Part shown: piece after piece, positions 18,563-26,432 of the stretch
Layout: the number at the start of each line of letters is the position of its first letter
Numbering within the stretch: the stretch's first letter is position 1
DNA from: Bacteroidota bacterium
GTDB taxonomy: Bacteria; Bacteroidota; Bacteroidia; Chitinophagales; Chitinophagaceae
Assembly (NCBI GenBank): GCA_046300055.1
Contig: JBKCMR010000001.1
Location: 7,472 to 71,471, forward strand
Reading direction: 5' to 3'
Length of the DNA stretch: 64,000 nt
Made by a program: the position numbers and the translations under genes
Notes under the pieces: model-generated
Database searches by the model: none
Seen by the model: the letters and a program-made list of their open reading frames with translations, nothing else
What the model was told of the DNA's origin: nothing

Positions 18563-19603
18563 ATGCCCTGTATACTGGCCATAGAATCCTCCTGTGATGA
18601 AACCGCAGCAGCCGTCTGCCGAGATGGTATTATTCTCTCCAACTACATTGCTGATCAAAAAATTCATGCACGTTACGGCGGTGTGGTACCGGAACTGGCT
18701 TCTCGGGCACACATGCAGAACATCGTACCGGTCGTTGATACGGCCTTGAAAACTGCCGGTATTTCATTACAAGCTATAGATGCTATCGCGTTCACTCAAT
18801 CGCCTGGGCTGATCGGGTCTTTGCTGGTCGGCGGACAGTTTGCCAAATCACTTGCATTAAGCCTACAAAAGCCCCTGATCGCGGTACATCATATGCAGGC
18901 CCATGTGCTGGCCAATCTGATCGACGATCCTCGTCCCGCATTTCCATTTTTATGCCTGACCGTGAGTGGCGGTCATACGCAGATCGTGCTATGTGAATCA
19001 CCCACTCAGTTGAAAGTGATCGGAGAAACCATCGATGATGCCGCTGGAGAGGCCTTTGATAAGACAGCTAAACTCCTCGGACTCCCCTACCCGGGCGGCC
19101 CATTAATAGACAAATACGCAAAAGAGGGCGATCCGGATCGATATCATTTTCCGGAGCCCCGGATCGAGGGACTGAACTTCAGTTTCAGTGGCCTGAAAAC
19201 ATCCATCCTCTATTTTTTGCAAAATGCCGGAAAGAGTCTGCACTATAAATCGGAACAGATCGCCACAGAGGAGGAACAAAAAGCGTTTATTCAAGCCAAC
19301 CTAAATGACATCTGTGCGTCGGTGCAGCGTCGAATCGTAGAAATTCTACTGAACAAACTAAAACTGGCGAGTCTGGAAACCGGCATCAAAGAGATCTGTA
19401 TCGCCGGGGGCGTTTCAGCCAACAGCGGCTTACGAAAAGGACTCGAAACCTATGGGAAAAAGTATCATTGGAATACGTACATCCCCGACTTTCAATATTG
19501 CACCGACAACGCCGGGATGATCGCCATCACCGGATATTATAAATTTCTGGCGAAAGAATTTTCCGGGCTGGACGTTCGATCGGCCGCCCGCGCCCAGTGG
19601 TGA
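18563..19603 (+). CDS. tsaD: tRNA N6-adenosine threonylcarbamoyltransferase
   Basis: ILAIESSCDETAAAV and HHMQAH motifs. Track ORF trimmed to the ATG at 18563, 1 nt after the upstream stop. Confidence 0.92.
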   Translation: MPCILAIESSCDETAAAVCRDGIILSNYIADQKIHARYGGVVPELASRAHMQNIVPVVDTALKTAGISLQAIDAIAFTQSPGLIGSLLVGGQFAKSLALSLQKPLIAVHHMQAHVLANLIDDPRPAFPFLCLTVSGGHTQIVLCESPTQLKVIGETIDDAAGEAFDKTAKLLGLPYPGGPLIDKYAKEGDPDRYHFPEPRIEGLNFSFSGLKTSILYFLQNAGKSLHYKSEQIATEEEQKAFIQANLNDICASVQRRIVEILLNKLKLASLETGIKEICIAGGVSANSGLRKGLETYGKKYHWNTYIPDFQYCTDNAGMIAITGYYKFLAKEFSGLDVRSAARAQW

Positions 19604-19604
19604 T

Positions 19605-20333
19605 ATGGCAAACACCTATTTTCAATTCAAACAATTTCGGATCGACCAGGAACACTGTGCGATGAAGGTCTCATCGGATGCATGCGTATTCGGGGCCTGG
19701 GGTGCTGCCCAGCTGAGCCAGTCACAACCCGCAAAGAAAAAGATACTTGATATCGGCACCGGTACCGGCCTCTTATCCCTGATGTTGGCTCAATCGAACC
19801 AGGAAGCTGAAATTTTCGGAATTGAAATTGATAAACAGGCGGCAGATCAAGCGAAAAAAAATGTATCGGCCTCACCCTGGTCAAAACGGATCGAGATCTT
19901 ACAAGGTGACATCAAATCGTTTGCACCAAGCAAAAAATTTGACGCAGTCGTATCCAATCCGCCTTTTTACGAGGGAGATCTCCAAAGTCCGGATGTTCAA
20001 AAAAATTGGGCGCATCACGATTCTTCCCTTCGATTCAACGAGCTAATCAGCGCAATTGAACGGACCTTATCGGCTGAGGGATTATTCTTGCTACTTCTTC
20101 CCGCAAAAAAAATGGAGCAGCGACTCGAAATGATTTCGGAGTTCGATCTGCATGTACATAGAAAAGCATACCTGCACCACGAGGCTAAGCATCCAGCCAT
20201 TCGCGCGATGATCTTAGGTGGGAGAAAGATGGGCCCTGAGGTGATTGAGGAGCGAATCGAATTGTTCTGTGAGAAGGGACTGTATACAGAGCAGGTGAAA
20301 ACATTGCTTCGCGATTTCTATCTGGCATTCTGA
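19605..20333 (+). CDS. tRNA (adenine-N6)-methyltransferase, TrmN6/YfiC-like
   Basis: Motif I ILDIGTGTGLL and the catalytic NPPFY motif. Confidence 0.75.
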   Translation: MANTYFQFKQFRIDQEHCAMKVSSDACVFGAWGAAQLSQSQPAKKKILDIGTGTGLLSLMLAQSNQEAEIFGIEIDKQAADQAKKNVSASPWSKRIEILQGDIKSFAPSKKFDAVVSNPPFYEGDLQSPDVQKNWAHHDSSLRFNELISAIERTLSAEGLFLLLLPAKKMEQRLEMISEFDLHVHRKAYLHHEAKHPAIRAMILGGRKMGPEVIEERIELFCEKGLYTEQVKTLLRDFYLAF

Positions 20334-20343
20334 CCCCTCCGAA

Positions 20344-21546
20344 TCATTCCAATCCGGCATACTGCTTCAGGTAGGAATAGGGTTCTGTCAGTTTTCCTTC
20401 GTGCAACATGGTAGCGCGTTGGATCATTTGGGATCCATCCCCTATCAGGTCTTCTAATAGATACTTTATCAATTGTTCCCCAAAATAGCGGCTGGCGTCT
20501 CTAGCTAGTTCATTCGGGAGATTTCCTACAGCCATCACATCAATGGAGTTCGGGAGGTAGGGAGCTGTTTTTTGGAGGCTATTGCGATCGACTCCATAAA
20601 CGGGATCTTCAATGGTTTGATCACCCAGGTTGATTGGCACGGACCCGTCAGCATCGTCGGTGATGTCTGCGATTGTTTGGGTAACAAATCGTTCAGATTG
20701 GACATCTGAACGCTCGAAAAGACGAGGCAGTTGACGATCCCAATAGATCCCGTTCATCAGTATGTCGGTCTGCTCACTGTAAGGGAGATAAAGGCAATCA
20801 TACTCCGATGGATGCTCATGAAAATGAAGCCTATTGTATCCACCATTCGTTTTATGTCGATACAAATCGCCCCCTTTAAGCTGGGTGTAAACCGGATAGG
20901 AGAATCGTCGGGAAAGGTAATCGGCCGGCTCCACCTCGTGTATGCCCATTAAGTTCATGATCTCGAGGATGCCGTGAGCGACTCGACCACTGCCCGTTAC
21001 GGCGATCTTAAGCGTTGGCAGTTTAAGACCGAAATAAGTATGTATCAGATCCCGAAAACTGCGTTGTTTGTATACCCGTTCAAGTGAATACAGTCCACTT
21101 CGGTTTCCATAGGCCATCATTCCATTGTGGGCTCCGACCACTCCGGCAAAAAAACCGAACCCAAGCAATCGCTGACCGTCTTCGTGTTCCAAACATTCAT
21201 AATCGACCAGGGTGATCTTCTGTTCGATCATAGCCCGGAAAAGCTCCTGGTTATAAGCCTGTGCTTTTTTTGTATGTGAAAAGAACAGGAATTTTTTTTC
21301 GGGGATCAGCTTTTGGATCGGCACTTCCTTGATCCCCAGAATGATATCACAACTTGTCAGGTCCGCTGTAAGTGTTGCTCCGGCAGCAGCATATTCCCGA
21401 TCACTGTAACATCTGGTCTCGGAAGGTTCAACTAGAATTTCCAGATCGCTACGGTGTCGGCGTAGCCATTTACATTGAGCCGGTGTGAGGGCCACTCGGT
21501 TATCGGCAGGGACTTTGCCCTCTTGGATGAGTCCGATACGGATCAT
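20344..21546 (-). CDS. alanine dehydrogenase/PNT-domain oxidoreductase (lysine-ketoglutarate reductase / saccharopine dehydrogenase-like)
   Basis: Trimmed to the ATG at 21546 (MIRIGLIQEGKVPADNRVALTP). Rossmann motif VTGSGRVAHG. A -7 box lies 24 nt upstream of this ATG. Confidence 0.6.
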   Translation of the reverse strand: MIRIGLIQEGKVPADNRVALTPAQCKWLRRHRSDLEILVEPSETRCYSDREYAAAGATLTADLTSCDIILGIKEVPIQKLIPEKKFLFFSHTKKAQAYNQELFRAMIEQKITLVDYECLEHEDGQRLLGFGFFAGVVGAHNGMMAYGNRSGLYSLERVYKQRSFRDLIHTYFGLKLPTLKIAVTGSGRVAHGILEIMNLMGIHEVEPADYLSRRFSYPVYTQLKGGDLYRHKTNGGYNRLHFHEHPSEYDCLYLPYSEQTDILMNGIYWDRQLPRLFERSDVQSERFVTQTIADITDDADGSVPINLGDQTIEDPVYGVDRNSLQKTAPYLPNSIDVMAVGNLPNELARDASRYFGEQLIKYLLEDLIGDGSQMIQRATMLHEGKLTEPYSYLKQYAGLE

Positions 21547-21551
21547 TTGGG

Positions 21552-21559
21552 TAGCTTTG
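21552..21559 (+). promoter_or_regulatory. -7 promoter box TAGCTTTG for hscB
   Basis: Perfect TAnnTTTG match, 37 nt upstream of the ATG at 21597. Confidence 0.4.
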
Positions 21560-21570
21560 CAATCGTTGCA

Positions 21571-21578
21571 CAAAAGTA
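21571..21578 (-). promoter_or_regulatory. -7 promoter box (TACTTTTG on the minus strand) for the LKR-like gene
   Basis: Perfect TAnnTTTG match, 24 nt upstream of the ATG at 21546. Confidence 0.4.
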
Positions 21579-21596
21579 ATCTGAATTCGTAGAGGC

Positions 21597-22094
21597 ATGG
21601 AAAACTATTTTGATCTCTTTGAAATACCCATTCAACTGAAAGTTGATCCCAGCACCATACGTTCACGGTTTTTTGCACTCAGCCGTCAGTTTCACCCTGA
21701 TTTTTTCGTGAATCGCTCCGCCGACGAGCAGCAAGAGGCCTTGGAACGAACCGCACAGCTGAACAAGGCTTGGAAGATATTTCAGCAACCGGATGAGTTG
21801 ATCCGATATGTGCTGGAGTTGCATGGCGCCTGGACAGCGGGGGAGAAATATGAACTCAGCCCGGACTTTCTAATGGAAGTCATGGAGATCAATGAATCGA
21901 TGATGGACATGGAAGCCGGAAAAGAAGGCCCCCTACAGCAACAAGTGGCGACGCTTCAGGAGCAAATGACCGGATCGGTGGTCAATTATTTATCCGAAAC
22001 CCCCTTCCTACCGACCCCCGAAAAACTGTCGGCACTTAAGGAATACTATTACCGAAAGAAATACCTCGACCGGATCCTGCAGGGTTTGTCGTGA
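21597..22094 (+). CDS. hscB: J-domain Fe-S cluster co-chaperone HscB-like
   Basis: 165 aa. NYFDLFEIP...FHPD J-domain with the HPD tripeptide. Helical C-terminal half. Confidence 0.65.
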   Translation: MENYFDLFEIPIQLKVDPSTIRSRFFALSRQFHPDFFVNRSADEQQEALERTAQLNKAWKIFQQPDELIRYVLELHGAWTAGEKYELSPDFLMEVMEINESMMDMEAGKEGPLQQQVATLQEQMTGSVVNYLSETPFLPTPEKLSALKEYYYRKKYLDRILQGLS

Positions 22095-22108
22095 AATCGG
22101 ATTAGCCT

Positions 22109-22116
22109 TACATTTG
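22109..22116 (+). promoter_or_regulatory. -7 promoter box TACATTTG for tRNA-Leu
   Basis: Perfect TAnnTTTG match, 6 nt upstream of the tRNA 5' end. Confidence 0.45.
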
Positions 22117-22122
22117 CACTCC

Positions 22123-22206
22123 GCCCGGGTGGCGAAATTGGTAGACGCAGCAGACTCAAAATCTGCCGCCAGCAATGGTGTATCGGTTCGACTCCGATCC
22201 CGGGCA
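22123..22206 (+). tRNA. tRNA-Leu (anticodon CAA), class II with long variable arm
   Basis: GCCCGGGTGGCGAAATTGGTAGACGC...GACTCAAAATC...GGTTCGACTCCGAT-CCCGGGC-A. The acceptor stem is fully paired. 84 nt. Confidence 0.85.
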
Positions 22207-22211
22207 CAACT

Positions 22212-22236
22212 AAACCCGACACATCGTGTCGGGTTT
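22212..22236 (+). terminator. hairpin terminator after tRNA-Leu
   Basis: aaacccgacac-atc-gtgtcgggttt, an 11-bp stem ending in TTT. Confidence 0.6.
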
Positions 22237-22253
22237 ATCGTAAATAGTATGCC

Positions 22254-22949
22254 ATGCTTGACATCATCATCCCCTTGCTCTCCCTGATTGCACTGGAGGT
22301 AATCCTAGGCATTGACAACATCATTTTCATATCCATTCTGGCAGACAAACTAGAAGGTCCTCAGCGAAATAAATTACGCTTTTGGGGGATATTTCTGGCC
22401 ATGATCCTGCGACTCGTTTTACTCGCTTTCATTTCGTGGATCCTGAAACTTGACCACACGCTCTTCATATTTTATGACATAGAATTCTCCGGCAAAGGGA
22501 TCATTTTGATCCTGGGTGGATTATTTCTTATCTACAAAAGCACCAAGGAGATCTATCATAAAACGGAGATGAACAATGAGGACTCTGTAAAAACATCTAA
22601 AAAAAGCACGTTTCGCCAATTACTCTCCGAGGTAATCATACTGGATCTGGTGTTCTCCATTGATTCGATCATCACGGCGGTCGGCATGGTACAGCAACTG
22701 TGGATCATGTATACCGCCGTGATCGTGACCGTCCTCATCATGCTGGCGGCTTCCAAACCGATCAGTGAATTCATCCGCAAACATCCTTCGTTCAAGATAC
22801 TTGCCTTGTGTTTTTTAATGATGATCGGGGTAGCCCTGTTGGCTGAAGGCCTGCATTTCGAGATCCCGAAAGGATACATCTACTTCTCGATGGCATTTGC
22901 TTTTTTAGTCGACATTATACAAATGAAGGCAGTGAAATCAAATGCATAG
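22254..22949 (+). CDS. TerC-family integral membrane protein
   Basis: 231 aa. LEVILGIDNIIFISIL and DLVFSIDSIITAVGM repeats are typical of TerC. Confidence 0.85.
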   Translation: MLDIIIPLLSLIALEVILGIDNIIFISILADKLEGPQRNKLRFWGIFLAMILRLVLLAFISWILKLDHTLFIFYDIEFSGKGIILILGGLFLIYKSTKEIYHKTEMNNEDSVKTSKKSTFRQLLSEVIILDLVFSIDSIITAVGMVQQLWIMYTAVIVTVLIMLAASKPISEFIRKHPSFKILALCFLMMIGVALLAEGLHFEIPKGYIYFSMAFAFLVDIIQMKAVKSNA

Positions 22950-23655
22950 GTTCATCATAGCATTTTTATGGATTCTTCCCGTTTCTGGGCTGACTCAGTA
23001 TTCAGCACTCGGCAGTTGGAATATTTTGAACCTCAAATATTCCTACAACGAAAAAACCAGCATATTCGGGGAGGCTCAATTGCGATCGCTGGCATTCTAC
23101 AACCAATTCCACTATTACGAATACAAAGGCGGGGTCATTTACAAGGCAAATAAAAACCTGAGTCTGACACTAGGATTGGGCAGCTACCAGACATACAAGG
23201 AAGGTGGTAATTTTCTTCTGCCAAAGAATAACAACGAATTCAGGATCTGGCCGCAAGTATCGTTGAATCAATCCATCGGTTCCCTAAAGATTGAACAACG
23301 GTACCGGGCTGAACTTCGATTCACCAGTAACGGGTATAGGAACCGGTTCCGATATCGGCTCGGACTGGCACATCCGATCGATAAAAACAGAGGCGCCAAC
23401 AGTCGTTTTCAGATAAGTGCCAGCAACGAATTGTTTTTTACCGATAAGGAACCCTATTTCGAGCGGAATCGCCTAGCGTTTGGCCTGCATTACCGCCCCT
23501 CGCGTAACACCGTGCTCCAGATCGGTTACTTACATCAATTTGATTACCGCATCAATGATGAGACGGGCCGTGACTTTCTTCAGGTTGGCTACTTCATCGA
23601 ACTATTTCGAAAAAAAACAGCGTCGGTTGGGACAGAGGTGCTAAAAGAAAATTGA
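22942..23655 (+). CDS. DUF2490-like outer-membrane beta-barrel protein
   Basis: 237 aa. Signal peptide, alternating beta-strand pattern and repeated RYR motifs. Family assignment is from memory. Confidence 0.55.
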   Translation: MHRFIIAFLWILPVSGLTQYSALGSWNILNLKYSYNEKTSIFGEAQLRSLAFYNQFHYYEYKGGVIYKANKNLSLTLGLGSYQTYKEGGNFLLPKNNNEFRIWPQVSLNQSIGSLKIEQRYRAELRFTSNGYRNRFRYRLGLAHPIDKNRGANSRFQISASNELFFTDKEPYFERNRLAFGLHYRPSRNTVLQIGYLHQFDYRINDETGRDFLQVGYFIELFRKKTASVGTEVLKEN

Positions 23656-23662
23656 TCAAGAA

Positions 23663-24673
23663 TCAAGATACCATCAGGCTACATCCTCTTAGATCAGAAC
23701 CATCTCTTCTACCTAACACGCTGAAACGTCCATCGGCGTATACCTCACCGATATCATCCGTTGCGACAAATGCGCAGGAGTGAATATTGGCCAGGTCGAT
23801 AATATTCAGCAGCCCTTTACCGGTTTCTTTGACCGTAAGCGGATCTTCCTCCTCTCGGATCAGCACGCGCATCCAGGGCGGACATTGATAGATCCCATTC
23901 CCCACAGAGTAGGCCTGTGAAAGTAATTCTGTCATTCCATACTCCGCGTGGATGGTATCGACCCCAAAACAGTGCTTCAAGTGATCATGTAGCTCCTCTC
24001 TGACCCATTCTTTTCGCCTTCCTTTCATCCCGCCGGTTTCCAAAATGAGCGTATGCTTCAATGAGGTTGTGAACTTTTCTGCGAGATCCAACAAGGCAAA
24101 GCCCACTCCGATCAACATGGTCTTGAGGCCTTCTCGCTCCCCCTTGTTCACCTGTTCGATCAGTTGATCCCATTCATTCAAGTAAAATCCGCTTTCGGGA
24201 TGCCCACCTCGTTCGATCAGGTCGTTGACCATGAATACCAAAGAGGAGTTTCCTCTTTCGAGATAAGAGGGCAGCAAGGCCAGTATACACCAATCCTGCA
24301 CGGGGCCGTAAACACGCTCAAAATTCCGCATGAGCTGATCCCGGTAGATATCCAGATCCCGGACAGCATGACGGCTGGTGATGGATCCGGTTGTACCGCT
24401 GCTCTCAAAAATGGCTTGGGGAGAAAATTCACCCGAAACGATCAGGTCTGACTTAAAAAAACTGATGGGAAGAAAGACTGGGGGCGATATGTTTTCTGAA
24501 AAATTGCCTGTGAACCCGATAGCATCGGCATAGCGCCGATAAACCAAATTTTCCTCCAGTTGGTAGCGGCATACCAGCGAGGCCATTCCTTCAAAATCTT
24601 GGGGTGCCAATGTTCTTATTTGATGCCAATCAGGACGCATGGAATCGAGGTAAATCCGGTAAATTTGGTACAA
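23663..24673 (-). CDS. LuxE/PaaK-like acyl-protein synthetase / acyltransferase
   Basis: 336 aa. FESSGTTG adenylate-forming motif. Overall resemblance to Bacteroidota LuxE-family proteins. Confidence 0.55.
   Translation of the reverse strand: MYQIYRIYLDSMRPDWHQIRTLAPQDFEGMASLVCRYQLEENLVYRRYADAIGFTGNFSENISPPVFLPISFFKSDLIVSGEFSPQAIFESSGTTGSITSRHAVRDLDIYRDQLMRNFERVYGPVQDWCILALLPSYLERGNSSLVFMVNDLIERGGHPESGFYLNEWDQLIEQVNKGEREGLKTMLIGVGFALLDLAEKFTTSLKHTLILETGGMKGRRKEWVREELHDHLKHCFGVDTIHAEYGMTELLSQAYSVGNGIYQCPPWMRVLIREEEDPLTVKETGKGLLNIIDLANIHSCAFVATDDIGEVYADGRFSVLGRRDGSDLRGCSLMVS
24660..24667 (+). promoter_or_regulatory. -7 promoter box TAAATTTG for the lipoprotein/M42 genes
   Basis: Perfect TAnnTTTG match, 15 nt upstream of the ATG at 24683. 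It lies inside the 5' end of the divergent LuxE-like gene. Confidence 0.4.
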
Positions 24674-24682
24674 AGTTAGGTC

Positions 24683-25138
24683 ATGCTTAGAAGGTTCGGC
24701 ATAGGTACGCTGTGTTTAACGTTGGTAGTTAGTTGCCAGAAGGACAAATACACGACCGTACCACAAGTCAGCATTGAATCGATCTCCCCCTCCGTCGCTG
24801 TCAGTGGCAGCATCATTCAGGTTGACGGTACCTATACGGACCTGGAGGGCGATATTGATTCCGCGCTGATCGTCTACAAGTGGTACAACAATACAGCTGT
24901 AGTGCGAAAAGATACTTTCCGCTTCGGATTTTTACAACTGGGTATGCCCGCAGGGGTTCAACGAGCCGAAATCAGTCTCCAGTTTGAATACAACACAAAT
25001 AACTATCCTGACCTCACCAAGCTCCCCGGGGTTAGTCAGCGCGATACCACAGCTGCCTTCGGACTACTCCTGATCGATAAAGCTAAAAACAGAAGCAATT
25101 ACACCGAATCGCCAACCATCCGATTGAAAAAACCCTAA
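24683..25138 (+). CDS. hypothetical lipoprotein
   Basis: 151 aa. Lipobox LTLVVSC. I recognise no family. Confidence 0.55.
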   Translation: MLRRFGIGTLCLTLVVSCQKDKYTTVPQVSIESISPSVAVSGSIIQVDGTYTDLEGDIDSALIVYKWYNNTAVVRKDTFRFGFLQLGMPAGVQRAEISLQFEYNTNNYPDLTKLPGVSQRDTTAAFGLLLIDKAKNRSNYTESPTIRLKKP

Positions 25139-25191
25139 CGACACAAGAATCATATGGCATCGAAAAAACATCCGCCGCGAAAAAAAAGTCT

Positions 25192-26271
25192 TTGTTGACA
25201 GACACCTCATTTCAGTTCTTTCGTGAGTATATCAACAATGCCTCGCCGGTTGGATTTGAAACCTGGGGGCAAAAACTATGGCTGGAATACCTGAAACCCT
25301 ATGTGGAGACACATTATGTAGATCCCTACGGAACCGCGGTAGGCGTCATCAATCCGGATCATCCGTTTCGCGTTGTCATCGAAGCCCATGCCGATGAGAT
25401 CAGCTGGTTCGTGAATTACGTAACAGCCGACGGCTTGATCTACCTGAAAAGAAATGGAGGCGTAGATCACCAGACAGCACCGGCTTCCAGGGTGATCATA
25501 CACGGAAAAAAAGGACCCGTTAAAGCCGTATTTGGATGGCCCGCCATTCATACCCGCATCGGGAATCCCGATCAGAAAGAACCGTCACCCCGTACCGATA
25601 ACCTTTGGCTCGATTGTGGTGCTCGCAGTAAAAAAGAGGTGATGGAATTAGGTGTACACATCGGCGCTGTGGTAACCTATCAGGATGGTTTTGACGAATT
25701 GGCCAATGGCAACTACATCGGCCGTGCGTTTGATAACCGAATCGGCGGATTCATGATCGCTGAAGTCGCTCGATTACTCAAAGAGAATAAAAAGAAATTA
25801 CCCTTCGGCCTATATGTAGTGAATGCTGTGCAAGAGGAAATCGGACTTCGCGGAGCCGAGATGATCGCACGTCGAATTAAACCACATGTGGCCATTGTAA
25901 CGGATGTAACCCATGACACGACGACGCCCATGATCAACAAGAACATTGAAGGCGACGTATCGACCGGGAAAGGCCCCTCGCTGTCCTATGCGCCGGCCGT
26001 ACACAATAAACTGCTTGCATTGGTTGAGTCAGTAGCCGAAAAAAAGAAAATCCCCATCCAATGGCGGGCGCTCAGCAGAAGTACCGGTACCGATACCGAC
26101 TCATTTGCCTATTCGAATGACGGCTGTCCTTCTGTACTAATCTCGATCCCGCTACGCTATATGCACACGACGGTTGAAATGATCCACCGGAATGATATAG
26201 AACAAACCATACAGCTGATGTACGAAACACTACTGACCCTGACCCCCAAAACAAATCTGAGCTACCTGTGA
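25192..26271 (+). CDS. M42-family metallopeptidase (glutamyl aminopeptidase / FrvX-like)
   Basis: 359 aa. ASPVGFE, IEAHADEI, FDNRIGG, VQEEIGLRGA and HT..E motifs. TTG start at 25192, but see the finding on an upstream out-of-frame ATG plus an A8 tract. Confidence 0.85.
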   Translation: MLTDTSFQFFREYINNASPVGFETWGQKLWLEYLKPYVETHYVDPYGTAVGVINPDHPFRVVIEAHADEISWFVNYVTADGLIYLKRNGGVDHQTAPASRVIIHGKKGPVKAVFGWPAIHTRIGNPDQKEPSPRTDNLWLDCGARSKKEVMELGVHIGAVVTYQDGFDELANGNYIGRAFDNRIGGFMIAEVARLLKENKKKLPFGLYVVNAVQEEIGLRGAEMIARRIKPHVAIVTDVTHDTTTPMINKNIEGDVSTGKGPSLSYAPAVHNKLLALVESVAEKKKIPIQWRALSRSTGTDTDSFAYSNDGCPSVLISIPLRYMHTTVEMIHRNDIEQTIQLMYETLLTLTPKTNLSYL

Positions 26272-26432
26272 TCTGCCTGTTATACATAGATCCGGGTAGT
26301 GGCAGTTATTTGGCCCAGGTGATAATTGCCTCTATCCTGGGGGTAGTTTTTTATTTCCGCAACATCCTTCACATCATTCGAAATTTCTTTGGCCGCTTTA
26401 CAGGCAGTAAGAACCGCCATAAAGAGCAATGA
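26268..26432 (+). CDS. unannotated 54-aa single-TM peptide (IDPGSGS motif, basic C-tail)
   Basis: Found by manual translation, as it is below the track's 60-aa cut-off: V-ICLLYIDPGSGSYLAQVIIASILGVVFYFRNILHIIRNFFGRFTGSKNRHKEQ. The GTG overlaps the M42 stop (GTGA). Its TGA overlaps the next ATG (ATGA). Confidence 0.45.
   Translation: MICLLYIDPGSGSYLAQVIIASILGVVFYFRNILHIIRNFFGRFTGSKNRHKEQ

Noticed and set aside
931-22206. tRNA-Cys and tRNA-Leu as integration sites of genomic islands.
   Set aside because: Neither tRNA is flanked by an integrase, recombinase, direct repeat of the tRNA 3' end or phage/ICE genes. The neighbouring genes are ordinary, such as the FKBP isomerase, TerC and DUF2490 genes.
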